A stretch of DNA of 64,000 bases from Psilocybe cubensis. Its lineage: Eukaryota. The stretch spans positions 744,001 through 808,000 of the forward strand of contig CM038999.1 in the NCBI GenBank assembly GCA_017499595.2. Direction: 5' to 3'. Made by a program: the position numbers and the translations under genes. This document shows, one piece after another, positions 51,310 to 64,000 of this stretch (positions within the stretch are counted from its first letter, which is position 1; the number at the start of each line of letters is the position of its first letter). The notes below the pieces were generated by a model, which ran no database searches, was not told the origin of the DNA, and saw only the letters and a list, made by a program, of their open reading frames with translations.

Positions 51310-54300
51310 TCACATCTTCGAGGCGATGTACGCAACGATGTCTGGGGAGAGGATACCATCTTGCTCCAAGGCTGACATAAGAGAATTCTTCGTTTGCGAG
51401 GGGGGCTCATCCCGCATAGTGGACATGCGGAATTGTTGGTACACAGTATTGGCGGCGTTATTGATTCGTATGGTAAGGGCGTCCAGAACGAGCATGAGAT
51501 CGGAGTCAGAGGAGTGTTCGTTGATGGAGGGTAACAGGAGGTTCGGGTCGCCATACAAAATCATGGACGTTGTAGAGGAATCGTCTGCATCTGGATTTGA
51601 CTGAATGCTGCGTTTGCGGTCAGGCAAAGGTTTAAAGACACGACCTGTGGACAAGGCTTCGAATCGCAAACATAAGAGGCCGAGATCCCTGATTTGAGGG
51701 ACACTGAATGGAACGCGAGAACCAGATGCTGTTGGGTTTGATGATGCCTCTTTCAGTTCGTGACGGCCTTCCAAACCAGCTGGATAAAGGATGGAAAGGT
51801 TCTCGGGTAATTCAATCCCCTTTAGCTTGACCTCGCCAACGGGTATAATCACAACACCCAGGCGACGTATTGCCTCGATGGCCTCCGGACTTTGCAATTT
51901 CGAATATTCTGTTTCTTCATCGACTTCCAAGATTTTTGCATTGATCTCCCGAACGATATCCAGACTGCACAAGATTTGACCCCCAAGGGCACTACTGTTG
52001 ATACGAGCGGAGCGATTGACCATCGGTCCGAAGTAATCCATTCGCTGCGTGATGATATCAGGCTCACAGAGAGGCGTGCCGCTATGGATACCCATCCTAA
52101 CAGAAAGTCCACAAGCAATGAGGTGTCCCTGAGGGTTATAGATGGGCTTGCCATCTTCACATTCCAGGATTTCCAAAGGCCATGATTCATGCAGAAGATG
52201 CACCTGAACAGAAAGACACCACCAAACGGCTGCTAGGGTTGTTGGGAAGGAACACATAAATGAATCTCCTTCCGTCTTCACCTCGTAACCTCCACAAAAT
52301 CGTAGCTGTCTGCGAAGGATATTGTTGTGCAAACGCATCGCGGTTGGCATACCAGGATTTGCTTCCCAAAGATGAGTCGAGTTTCGAATGTCCGTAAATA
52401 CGATAGTGATGTGGCCGACTGGAGCAGGTACCTCTTCCCTGAGCCGGTTGATACCATGGTCGCGAATGTCATTCTTCCTTTTGGAGTAGTATGGTGGAAC
52501 AGGATCGAGAGTAGGTTGGCGGGATCTTGATAACGAGTTGAAAAGGTCGGCAACCCAAATCACCATAATCATCGTATTTCCATCAGCGCCGTAACTTATG
52601 GCAAAGTCACGAAGTTTTTGAGCAGCAAGCATTGGATCAGGTTTGTCGTTTCTTGCCACCGTCCGAGCAATATCAACGGCTGTCTGATATGGCACAAAGT
52701 CCCATAAGCCACGATTGGCGATGATGACGAATTCGTCCATTTCAGTCAAATCGTAGGTGAAGATATCCGGGCGGGCATGTAAGGGAGGGAAAAAATGAAA
52801 GTACCCGAAAGAGCGAGAGACATCCACTTCCTCATTAACAAGCCCTGCAGGTGTCATAAATCCCTCGGCCGCACGGATTCGAGCTATTTCATCCCGATCG
52901 TATGGATCGTGTTTCCTTGAGATTTGATGACAGACACCTTGTCTGGAAACGACTGCAAGAGAATCACCGACGTTGGCAGCGTAGATTGTGTGGTCCAAAA
53001 AATATACGACAATCCCGGAGGCACCCATGCGATTGTATTGTTGGTCAGGCGCCTGCACACTTGCTTGAGAGTTTTTGCGCGGGTTAGCAGCAAGAGATTC
53101 TCTAAGGTCTTGGTTAAGCTTCAAAAATGTCCAGTGAAGCGCCTTCGGGACACCCTCTTTCCATTGAGCGGGAGGAACGCCATCCTTTCCTAACTTTGTA
53201 TTGATAACCCCCATTTGTGTCTTGAAAACATTGACGAAGTTGTCGTGAAGAAATTTAGCCAGCCTGTTAGGAGTTGACCCAGGTTTCAACGTTTTTGAAT
53301 AATGAGTTCGACCAAACATCGCGAAGATAGCTTCGTGCTTGCTTCCGGTGAATTCATGGACAAGATCGATCATGTTCAAATGTCCGTCCTTCCCTAAAGA
53401 GTCTGCGATCCCATAGCCCATTCCACATACAGTTGAGAGGGAGGTACGAATACGACGATCGCTGTTCTCATCGGGTATATCAACAGTAGTATCCTTCCCA
53501 GTGGTGGTTATAGTCACATCCATCAGGCCTAGTACTTTCAGTTGTGTTAGACTAGTGAACCCTGATAGCATCACTCCCGAATGGCTGGTAGAGTATCTGG
53601 TGGGTCGATTTTCGGCCTTGATCTGCAAACGTTTATTTCCCGATAGATTTAAATACCTCAGGTTTGTATTGAAGTTCCTACAACGCGTTGTTAAAATATT
53701 ATTATGAATTTAAGACTAGGATATGACATACCAATTCCAGTCAAATTCCCAGTTGTTAATGTTGTACCTGAGAAGATTGCTTCCAGCGTCCAGAACCTGT
53801 AGGCCTTTTACTTTGCCCAATTCCTGAGGCAAAGTATGTAATCGGTTTCCGTTGATATATATCGTCGTTAATTTAACTAGGCGATGGAAATCCTCAACAG
53901 GTAAACTGGTTAGCTTATTGCCGCTAAGATATAGTTCCTCTAAATTGAGCATGTTGCGAAAAAAATTCGAAGGCAGATCCTGGATCTGATTGAAGGACAA
54001 ATTCAGTGTCTTCAACTGAGAGAACACCATCAAAGGTTGGATTAGCCCGTCCGTCAAACAGTTTTCGCCGAGGTATAGTTCTGAAAGGGAGTAAACAAGG
54101 GAGGGCACGGTGCCACCCAAACCAATAGAAGCTGTTGAAGACTTCCGACCAACTGCCCCTGGGGCGGCCAAACTTCCATCAAGAATGGGGATTTCGTGTA
54201 TAGGCACTGGTGGGTCGTGCCAGCCGTTGATGAAATTCGAAGTGACGTTGATTTTACTAAGACTGGCGCAGCTCCATATCGTCTGAGGCAGTTCAGTAAG

Positions 54301-57089
54301 ACTGTTGTTATGTGCATCCAAACACTCCAGCTTTTGGAGTTTGCCAAGAGTGGCTGGCAATGCATCGAGTTTGTTGTCCGTGCACGACAAGTATTCCAGC
54401 CAGATCAAATCCCCTAGACTATCTGGTATTGAGCGGATGGAGTTGTGATCCAGCTTGAGGGTACGTAATGAAGTAAGCTGGCCAAGGGCTAGGTCGTCCA
54501 GGGAGGAGAGCTTTGCATACGAAAGATCGAGGAGGGTCAAACCGTACGGCCTACCCATAGGTCCAGGAACGAGTGATAGTTGAGTGATATCGTTATGAGA
54601 TACGTTCAAAGTCGTTAGTCGAGGGCCAAGCGCAAGTTCTAGAGCATGAACCACGTTGTGGTCTGCACTGAGCTCCGTAAGATTGGGCAACATACAAATC
54701 ACAGAGAGGTCGGAAATTTGGTTTCTTCTGCAATCCAGGATACGAAGGTTGTGAAGATTGATAGCTTTTGGGGGGAACTTGACAATGCGATTGCCCACCA
54801 TGATAAGTCGCTCCAACATAGTGAGTCTTCCTATTTCGTCAGGCAACTCGGTTATTGGATTGAAGGATATATCCAAATCATGAAGGTTTTCAAGCTGAGT
54901 AACAACCAACGGGAGCTCGCGGAATTTGTTGTTTGATATATTGAGTGTATTGAGCGCTCGAAGGTTAGGGAAGTATGATGGTAGCACATCCAGACGATTG
55001 TTCATTAGCCCAAGGAAGATGAGTCCTTCAATGTGGTCGAGACAGGCATCTTCCAAATCTCGTATACAGTTGGATGAGAGATTCAGTCGATGTAGACTCG
55101 TCGAATGACGCAAGCTAGCAGGAACCTTCTTCATGGACATTTGTGTCAAATTGAGGTCGCGCAGAATAGTGCATGATTGAATAAAATCGAGCGGAATTTC
55201 AAGCATAGGATTGCCGTCTAAACGCAAGGTCACGATGGAGTCTGCATTTTGATGCAGCACGACAGGAATAGTCCGTAAACCTCGGCCACTGAGATCGACC
55301 ATGTCGTAATTATCAAGTACAATTTTTTCTTCCTGAACAAGTAAATTAACCAATGAACATGTAAATCATCAAGTCACTTACCCCTGCCAACAATTGACTT
55401 TTGTATACGAATTTGAGGAGGTTATTTAGGCTATCGACGCCGAGTAGATGATGACCATCTTCAAAATCATATCCCGCTTGTTCCATCGTTTGTTTGACGA
55501 TAACACCCGGACGTTCATTAGGTGCCAAAATACGCTCTGCACAATACATTAACGGCGTAAATTTATTTAAATTGTATTAGCTTACCTCGATCGTTAATGC
55601 TTAGATAAAGGTTATGCTGAAGATGGTTTTCTCCAGGTGGTAGCCTTTTACTCAGTTTGGCTGTTAAATCCGCCACCGTTGTGACCATGTCTGCGGAGAT
55701 TATATGGGTGGCGTTGTTGCCCGCTTTGCTGAACCGTACTTTAAAAGGCATCGATTGATATGCATTTCCACGAATTGTCGATCTTGACCCTTTACTTGTC
55801 GTCGAAAGAAGAGATACACTGGATCCTGATGCGTTTCTTCTCCTCCCCCCTTTTGTTTTATCTCGGAGAATTTTTTTCCCACTCAGGGCCGGAGGAAGGC
55901 CGTTGGAACTGTTGTCAGAATCTGAAGAATCAAGGTTGCCAGATGTATGCGGATTGTCGTATGGGTCTTCTGTACCCTTGACGGCCCAACTTTCGGGAGG
56001 CACCCAACCCTCGTTATGCGACCCAGTTGGACTACCAGGTCCTAGAGTAGTCGAGGATGCGGAGGAGACGGGCAAACAGCTATCCGAAGGGGGCATGATC
56101 GTCATTGGCGACACCTTTCGATAGTCACCCTTCGGAATGATGGCCTTGCGTTTATCTTGCAATGATGTCGGTGAAAATGGATCATTGAATTCAAACTGAT
56201 TGTTTTGGGAGCTGTGTTCGGAATGACTCTGGGATCCACTGCTTGGTGAACTAGGATTTCCAAACATGGAACTTGAGGTTCCCGCAGAAAGAACCTTAGG
56301 ATCAAGAATTCCCTCCATCGAACGGAGATCCAGGTCCCCTGTAAACTCCTGCCCTTCATTTTTCGGCGGCGGTGTAGGCGGCTCCTTTCCCCGTTTCTTC
56401 GGCTTGCCCTTCTTGGGTTGCGTTTGTATTGGTATCGTAGATGTAGAAGCGACGGGCATAGGTAGAGGAAGTCCATTGAAAAGATTATTTCCGTGCCTTT
56501 GGTCTGGAAGGGGAGGAACAGGGGCCTTGAGAGAAGGATGTTCACTCCCATCAGACTCGGATCGTAAATGAGGTTTGCTTGAGCGAGTCCTAAGTTTCTG
56601 AAATAGGTTCAGGTTCGATTTAGCTTTGCGAAGATCTCCAGAATGGGCAGATGACCCGCTGTACAGCATTCCTTTCGCAGATTCGCTGTCATCTTGAGAC
56701 CGCCGTTTATTGGTTTCTGGGATATACAACGAGGATTCGGATGGGCGGATTGAACGCAGGAGACTGGTAGTGCTGTTCTGGCGTAGCGATGCAAAGGATA
56801 CAAGAGATGATTTCTGGGAAAAGCCAAAACTCTTGGAATTCTTGGGGGGTGGAGTGGGCTGTAGAAGAATCGTTCAGCACAACGTAATACGCTTGTGGAA
56901 GTTGGAGTTCAAGCGTCTGCTCTCGAAGGGTCCGTAATATGAGTGCATACTCACTGGTTCGTCAATCCAGGGCGCAATAATGGAATCATCATTCATAGGC
57001 CTCTGGAAACTGTAGTCCGCAAATCTAGCGACCCCATTTTGGTCAACAGCATCGTCCGAAAGTCTAATGGTGGATTGTCTTCGGTCCAT
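51310..57089 (-). CDS. CYR1: Fungal adenylate cyclase (G-alpha-binding, Ras-association, LRR, PP2C-like and class III catalytic domains)
   Basis: IAPW motif in exon 1; LRR block at 53716-55353; NWEFDWNW; PP2C-like ANVGD...SRSFG...AAQKLRDFAISYG; cyclase motifs VFTDIRNST, EVKTEGDSFM and RMDYFGPMVNRSAR. 5 exons. Confidence 0.96.
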
Positions 57090-57681
57090 TCAGGGTATCC
57101 GGTATAAACAGTATTCACAGAATACTGGTATCGAGACTTTCCCGCGAAGCAAACGGTAATCGTGGCAGGAGAAAGTCGTTGCGGTCGTGGTGGTTGTTGG
57201 CAGAAAGAGGGCTCGTCGTCGTCTGCCCGATTTGCCTCCGAATTTCTCACGATACAGCCAATGTGCTTTATAAAGAACCGACTGTATGTTCTATATCATG
57301 TCAAAAGAAAATTAATATATTCATTATTGGGATTGACTAGGTAGTGTTACCATGAGAAATCTGACTTCTGGTACGATTTTTCCACTGAACGATGATATGG
57401 GTCAGAATTGAAGCTAAATGTTAATGTTTAAACCCGGACACGGCTACAGCAATCAGTACTAAGGCCCAACTAGGGCCCGTCCAGGTACAGCGCTAAATTA
57501 ATATGCTGGACAACGGAACGGAACGGCTTTCGATACGAAAGGGTAAATAACAGGCAGCGTGATGCAGAGGTTGTGTTGGGATCATGAGTAGTTTGCTATA
57601 TTAGTACACTAAAATAATACGTAGAAAATGCAGCTGAATGGAAATGAGGATTCCAACGCGGCTGAGCATCGAAAATGAAGA

Positions 57682-59921
57682 TCAAAAATCAAAGTCGATG
57701 GAAGTTGACCACAGTACAGACGCCAATGAGATCCTTTCTTTCAATCCATAAGCAATTGTCATCGCACTTTCCAGAGAATTTCGAAGAGCTATACAAAGTC
57801 GGTTGATGAACACGTCGTGGAAATAATTTGATACCGGAAGATAAACCGCACCGTTGTCCTTGGAGATATACACCAGAGCAAAACGTTGCTTGAAAGCCCA
57901 TCGACGATCTTTCAAACTTTTTTCGATAGAAGGTTGCCACTTGTCCAAAATCCTCTGAGCGCAGTTGCCATGACCAGAATTGGCCCAGTTGGAAATTATC
58001 TTCAATGAATAATGGACCCTGGACATCTGTATGAGCACGTTAGTCTCGTCAAAATGATGGACAGCGAGCGTCCCACATATATATCCTCGGCACGATCCAC
58101 TTCGACAGATTCGATGTCAGCTAAAATTCGGCCCAACTTATCGTCCCAGCCTATGCTTAGCTTCTTTGGTTGACTGCAGTAGCCGAATGGCAGGTCAGGG
58201 AATTTCTCGTATAAATGAGCGTTCAGTCGTTCGAGCAATGTGGAGGTTGGTGTGATAGACCAATTTTCTAGACGACCATGCTGTAAATGAACCAGTGTAT
58301 TGGAATGGCCGAATTCAATGGTCAGGTTTCGTAGAGGGCGGACTTCACCTGGAAGCAATACATTGATATCATCTGCATTGTTCCCGAGTTCGCAACGTGA
58401 ATACGCCAAAAGATTTAACGCATTTGTAAGATCTTGATTAATGAGATCATCTGCGTAGAAAGAGCATGTCTCCAAGTGAGGGCAAAGGGGGTGATTTTGA
58501 TATCCAGAGGCAAGATTGAGAATGTCAGAACTGGATGAAGGCAATGTGATATTTAATGTAACCAGTTGGGGAGTATGGATTAGGACGCTGGATAACTCGT
58601 CTTTATCGATGGATTCCAATCGAGCAGAGAATGACTTTAATGAAGACGGGGAGTTTTTTGCAAGCATGCTAGTGAGACCGGGCATCCATTTTCCTCTGCA
58701 GGAAATCACTGTGATATCTTCGATTGCCGGAAGTGTAAGTTGGTTAAAGAAGTGGGGGTGCGATCGATACTCGAATGCGACATCCATTTTGACCAGATTT
58801 GGGATGGTGAGGGCCGGGAAGAGTATGTCATCTGTGATCTCTAGAATGGTCAACGTCTCCAGAAGTGGGGAATGAAGGACTGGAGGAATCAAGAAATGAG
58901 TAAGGCACTCTTTTTAGTGAACAAGTTGCTCATATGGCAGAATCACATCATCCCCAAATAAGGGCCTCGCCACAGCAACTTTTTTCAGAACTGGCGCCAC
59001 CTCAAAGAGATCGATGGGCCCAGGGAGTGTATTAACCATAGGCGTCAACAAAGTCAACGATTGAAGCGCCGACAGTCGACTTCTTATCGATTGGAATGCA
59101 ACCAAAACTTGGGCTGGCAAAGAGAGATATGCTGAGTTCCATCTCTCCGCATGTCGACAGAGAAGGTCAATTACGCTATGCCTCTGCCCACCTAAAGACT
59201 TCGAGTAAATCGAAATATCAAGCAGTGCGTCTTTCGAACGACGAAGGAGTTCATTGAGATACTGAATTTGCATGTTGGTTTTTTTACTTTTGTTCTTCAA
59301 AGTAATCGCTGGGAATTTCACCCACAAAGCAGTTGTATTCAGAGCGACCGACCTCCATGGACTGCATATCTGCCCGAGAACCCAAGGGAGTGTATTATTA
59401 TATCTCCAGCTGGGGGCAGCAGACCCCACAGTAGTTTTGGCGAACCATATAAAAATTTCTTGGAGGATTTCGGTAGGAAGTCGCCGTATTGGTGAAACCA
59501 ACGACTTGTGTCGGCTAGCAAATCGATTCGCCTGTCCTATCCTATGGAGAGTTACCATCTCCCAAGCACGGGTTGAATGGCCGGTAGCTCTCCTCTCATC
59601 GAGGATATGCGTCCACCGTCTCGATTCGGTCTCTGCTTTCTCGATTGCGGTGGCGATGAGTGCCAATTCAAGGTCGCTAGGGGGATGATTGGAAATAAGC
59701 AACTGAGGGTTCGGCGGTGGTGGTAACTGGACTTTTGTGACTCCAGGCAATGATACAATGAGTGCATTTTTAGCTGCACGTCGGATTCTCTTTGCCAGCC
59801 TCTTCCTTCTTCTCCTAGCCTGGTTTACTGTCTTGTGGAAACGGGACACGAGAAGAGATGCTTTCGTCTTTAAAATATGCTTCGTAGAGAGTGTTTCTAG
59901 CTTCAACTCCAACCACCGCAT
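57682..59921 (-). pseudogene. F-box-like domain gene interrupted by one in-frame TAA
   Basis: PIRRLPTEILQEIF...LGQICSPWRSVALNTTALW. ORFs 58914-59921 and 58002-58892 share a frame and are separated only by TAA at 58914-58916. The final exon follows a GTGGGA...CAG intron. Confidence 0.75.
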
Positions 59922-60536
59922 CCGAACATAATGCTACCATGATTCTAATCAGTACCCTGAATTGTTGTAAATAAGATAGACACACCCGTGCTCTCCAGAA
60001 CATTTGAAAGATGCGAAAACTTGACATCCAAGCGCACTCGATTACCGGTGCTTTGACCTATTGTTGCGAATCACGTCGTCCGGAGTCCCATGACTGATAC
60101 AGTAATAGTATTGTAATTCCTCTGAATTTACCCTTGCCCATGTCGATACATATCAAATTCTGACAGTTGCTCCGAAGAATCGGGATTTTAGCCTTTCAGT
60201 AAAAAAAAATTGTGGTAAAAAGGAGGGGAAATTGAGAGCAGTGGCATGTCGGGGTCGGAGATTCAAATGCGTCGGCGACCTAAATATAGAATTGCTTGAA
60301 CGAAATTGCGATTTAAATATAATTGACATAATAAACTAATTTTGAAGCTACATATACCCTCTCAATGGGGGCGACGAGGATCTCATAAAGCCACGTAAGG
60401 ATAGGATCCAAGAAAATAGGAAACAGTGCAACAAGTATCATACACAAACAACATTGCCCACGCAATTACACAGAAACCGAGGAACGGGAGTGTCAACTCC
60501 GACAAAAAAAGAGAAAGGTCGAAGAGAAGAAAGAGC

Positions 60537-62471
60537 TCACAAAGCAGCTCGTTGCAATCCGGGCTCAACACCATCTCTAACCGCCAAATATCCCATCAGA
60601 TCGCTCGTCAAGAACTCGCTTGGCCACCTCCTCCTCACTTGACCCTTCAAATATTCAGCGGCGATGTTGACGTCGGCCTCCTTCAAACCAGCAACGATTT
60701 TACCCAGGTTGGGCGCAATCTCTTTCACAAGTGCGTCAACATACTCCGCAGTGATAGGAGCGCCGGTGTCAGACACACGCGAGCCGTAGTGTACCCACTG
60801 CCAAAGTTGGACGCGAGTGATCTCAGCAGTTGCGGCATCCTCCATGAGATAGTTGAGGGGGATACATCCATTTCCACCAACCCAGGCGGCGGTGTAGGCA
60901 AGACATGTTTCGACATTTTCACGAACGCCCTCGGAGGTAATCTTTCCTGGTACGGCGGTGCTTAGGAGATCGGCAGCAGCGACTTTGACTTCGGAGCGGA
61001 GAACATAGTACTATATAAGATATCGAATTTAATATGAATAGCTTATCAACTCTGAGCACAACGTACCTGATTAGGCCCCAGCATGTTCTGGTCAAAGACC
61101 TCGCGTGCGATTTTATTGATGAGGGGATGCGCGATCCAGGTTCCATCATGACCAGCCGTAACCTCGCGCAACTTGTCAGCTCGGACTTTCGCCATGGCTA
61201 CTTCGTTAGCCTTTGGATCGTCCTTGATGGGAATTTGGGCAGACATTCCACCCATAGCCGCGACCTTGCGCCTAAAGATTGTTGAGCAAATTGGAAAATT
61301 TCGAGAGATGTGAAATCGACTAACTTATGGCATGTCTGGATAAGAAGGCGCACATAGGCATCCATAAATGGAACAGTCATGGTGACATCTTTGCGGTCAG
61401 GAAGGACAGCACTGCGATCGGCCCTTCTCTTCTTTATGAAGCTAAAAATGTAATCCCATCTAAAAATAGAAACTGAGAATGAGGTCATAATTTGAAATTC
61501 TAGGGACATACCGTCCACAGTTCAGGCCAGACGAATGATTTCGCAACTCGAACAGGATCTCTTCCATTTGGAATGCAGCAGGGAGAGTTTCAATAAGAAC
61601 GGTGGCACGGATGGTATTGTGGGCCATTCCGATATAGGACTGCGAGAATACGAAAACATCGTTCCAGAGTCTCGCTTCGAGGTAGTGTTCCATTTTAGGT
61701 AGGTAAAAGTAAGGTCCGTATCCGCGCTTGACCAATTCGTGCGCGTTGTGATAGAAGTAAAGGGCGAAATCGAACAGAGAACCAGACATGGGTTGATTGT
61801 CGACGGTAACGCGGGGCTCATCAAGGTGCCATCCTCTGGGCCTGTAGATTTACGAGAGTAAGATAAGCAAAAATAGACAGATAAACGAGACATGGGTGAG
61901 ACAAAAACTGCAACGGACCGAACGATGAGTACAGCTGGGTTCTCAGAAAGCTTGTACGATTTCCCTCCCGTCTCGAAATCGATTTGCCGCCTGATAGCAT
62001 CGCGAAGGTTGACCTGGCCATTGATCATGTTGGCGAAAGTGGGGGCGCTGGAATCTACACGACCAGAAACGACAAAAATTCAGTAAAGGATACACCAATA
62101 AAAACCAAGACGATAGAAATACCTTCGAAATCCGCCATGAATGTCTTTGCACCGCTGTTGAGGGCGTTGATGACCATCTTCCTGTCTGTTGGACCAGTGA
62201 TTTCGACGCGACGGTCTTCCAGACCTGGGGCAGGGGGAACGCAGTGCCATGAAGGCTCGGCACGGATGTGCGCAGTCTCCTTGGGAAAGTCGAGAGGAAC
62301 TCCGGAGTCCAATCTGCGTTGAGCATCCTCGCGAGCGACAAGCAACGACTGGCGAGTAGATTCGAATGTGCGATGGAGAGCGGCGAGGAACTTGAGCGCG
62401 CCGTCGGTGAAGAGCTCAGCCTGAGCTTTTGGGGCTACTTTAGAATGGATCTTAACGCCTTGGACGGTCAT
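60537..62471 (-). CDS. MLS1: Malate synthase (glyoxylate cycle)
   Basis: [83 protein letters not shown]-terminus QRAAL. Confidence 0.96.
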
Positions 62472-64000
62472 GGTTGGATGTGGAGATGTGGTTGGTGAGA
62501 TGGGTACTGTGGTGTGAAAGATGAAAGGTGTGCTTTGAACGACTGAGGGGTTTTGTATGGTGACTGAATCAGGCCGGCTCCCCGTGATATCCGCCTGCCG
62601 TATCCCGAACGGATCGACGCCACGTTCCGAATTCGGAATGTCCTATATCACATGAAACTCCGCCTTTTGCCTCTGCTCCGTCGACTCCGTACCAATGGCA
62701 GCAAAATGGCAGGCAACACAGGCAAACTCTTCGGCATCGCTGCTCACCACTAATCCACTAACCATCCACAAGTCTCCCCGCTTAGAATACAGCACCGAGT
62801 GCCGGCTCCGGTATCCTTCCGGACGGAGATCCAGTTAGGCATGCCGCATCGAACGAAGATGTTCTGCATTTCGACTTGATTAACGACTAATCGTTTAAAA
62901 CCTGGCTCGGTGAATGCTACAGACAACATAAATGTCTCTAAAATGATTATCCATCAGCGTAGAGGATAGGACGGATCTTGGTAGCCCAGTCGGAGTCCCG
63001 GGCACTTGTACTAACAATGGAAATGGAACGGCATAGCGGTGCGTGGGTATGAGTTGTGGATAATACAAACTGATATCATATGCTGTTCATAGTAAAGAAT
63101 TACAGCATAAATCACCACTGTACAGATGGATGCTCCATTGATTCTTAGAACCACTATTACAATGCCGGTTGGTGCTTTGACACTCGTTAGGCTATCATCC
63201 CTTTCTTGAAGATTTCGTGTTCGTTTTTGCCAGCCTGGCTCTACACCTTGTGCTACCTAATCGGACATGAGACAAGTAACCATAAAATAGGTTGATATAT
63301 TGATAAATAATATACAGAGTGGCTGAGAATGCATCATTAACATCTGGTTGATTCCCGTCCTCGTCATGGAAGGTCCCGCATTTAGGCCAGACGACTAAAT
63401 TCTCAAGAACTTGTCTTTTTACTTAGTATGTTATGGAGACACACAATTCTCCGGCGTCAAATCAGCGCCTAATTTCTGACAATCTTACGTCATTATGTTT
63501 TCTTCTGGATGTATACTCGGGCTTGGAGCTAGGCAAGGGATTCCTCTTGCTCCCCTGACAAGTCAATATGTGCCCAATTTAAATAAATCAGATATTATTG
63601 CACGTCCAAAATAAACATATTCTACTCGCTACGCTGGAAAACCGTTCAGCCTCCACTGACACCTCTGGTCCATGTAACCTGCCGGAGCCTTATGACACAA
63701 ACATTATCTGGTTATCTGATAATCGAGCTCCGCATAAAAAAACTCCGTACATACATAAATGATCTTACCGATTCCTTCTATCTGATCCGTGAACTCGACC
63801 CTTCATCTTAGTCGTAATCCTCCGTTACTGGTGCACCGCCAATCTAAATGAAATGCTTTATTGGGCAGATATTTCCAAATAGAGGTATGTATTGATCACT
63901 CCTGAATTAAGCACAATCTTTGGGAAGACCACGACTACTAGAAACTCAACAAACGCTTGAAAAACCCGAACGAATTTTACACACTGGCATACCACTTACT

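Noticed and set aside
63060-63960. Exon-like fragments near the window end, including GVEPGWQKR echoing the MLS1 C-terminus
   Set aside because: The match is too short, and the splice models I tried hit stops.

Overview
Eukaryotic, intron-rich fungal DNA with the hallmarks of an Agaricomycete (mushroom-forming basidiomycete): short GT-AG introns with CTRAC/CTAAT branch points, a basidiomycete-type 5S rRNA, and expanded F-box-like and DUF6534-like families. I built about 20 spliced gene models by hand. Recognisable genes are a partial REX1-like exonuclease, a Tos4/Plm2-like protein, GLO1, a solitary 5S rRNA, two tandem MYND-finger paralogues, a type I membrane protein, a NIPA-family Mg transporter, an Old Yellow Enzyme, GET1, four F-box-like genes (one with an in-frame stop), a CPS1-like GT2 synthase, GLY1, FPR2, a 19-exon DUF6534-like membrane protein absent from the ORF track, an SDR, a WSC protein, adenylate cyclase and malate synthase. 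The most striking signal is an apparent one-nucleotide exon at 46550, between two complete introns, which the DUF6534-like gene needs to stay in frame. Others include a PTS1-like peptide hidden behind the GLO1 stop codon, a dispersed 5S gene, a GC-AG intron, and an unexplained double hairpin near 12.4 kb. Family calls come from motif recognition, not database searches, and exon models are unverified by transcripts.
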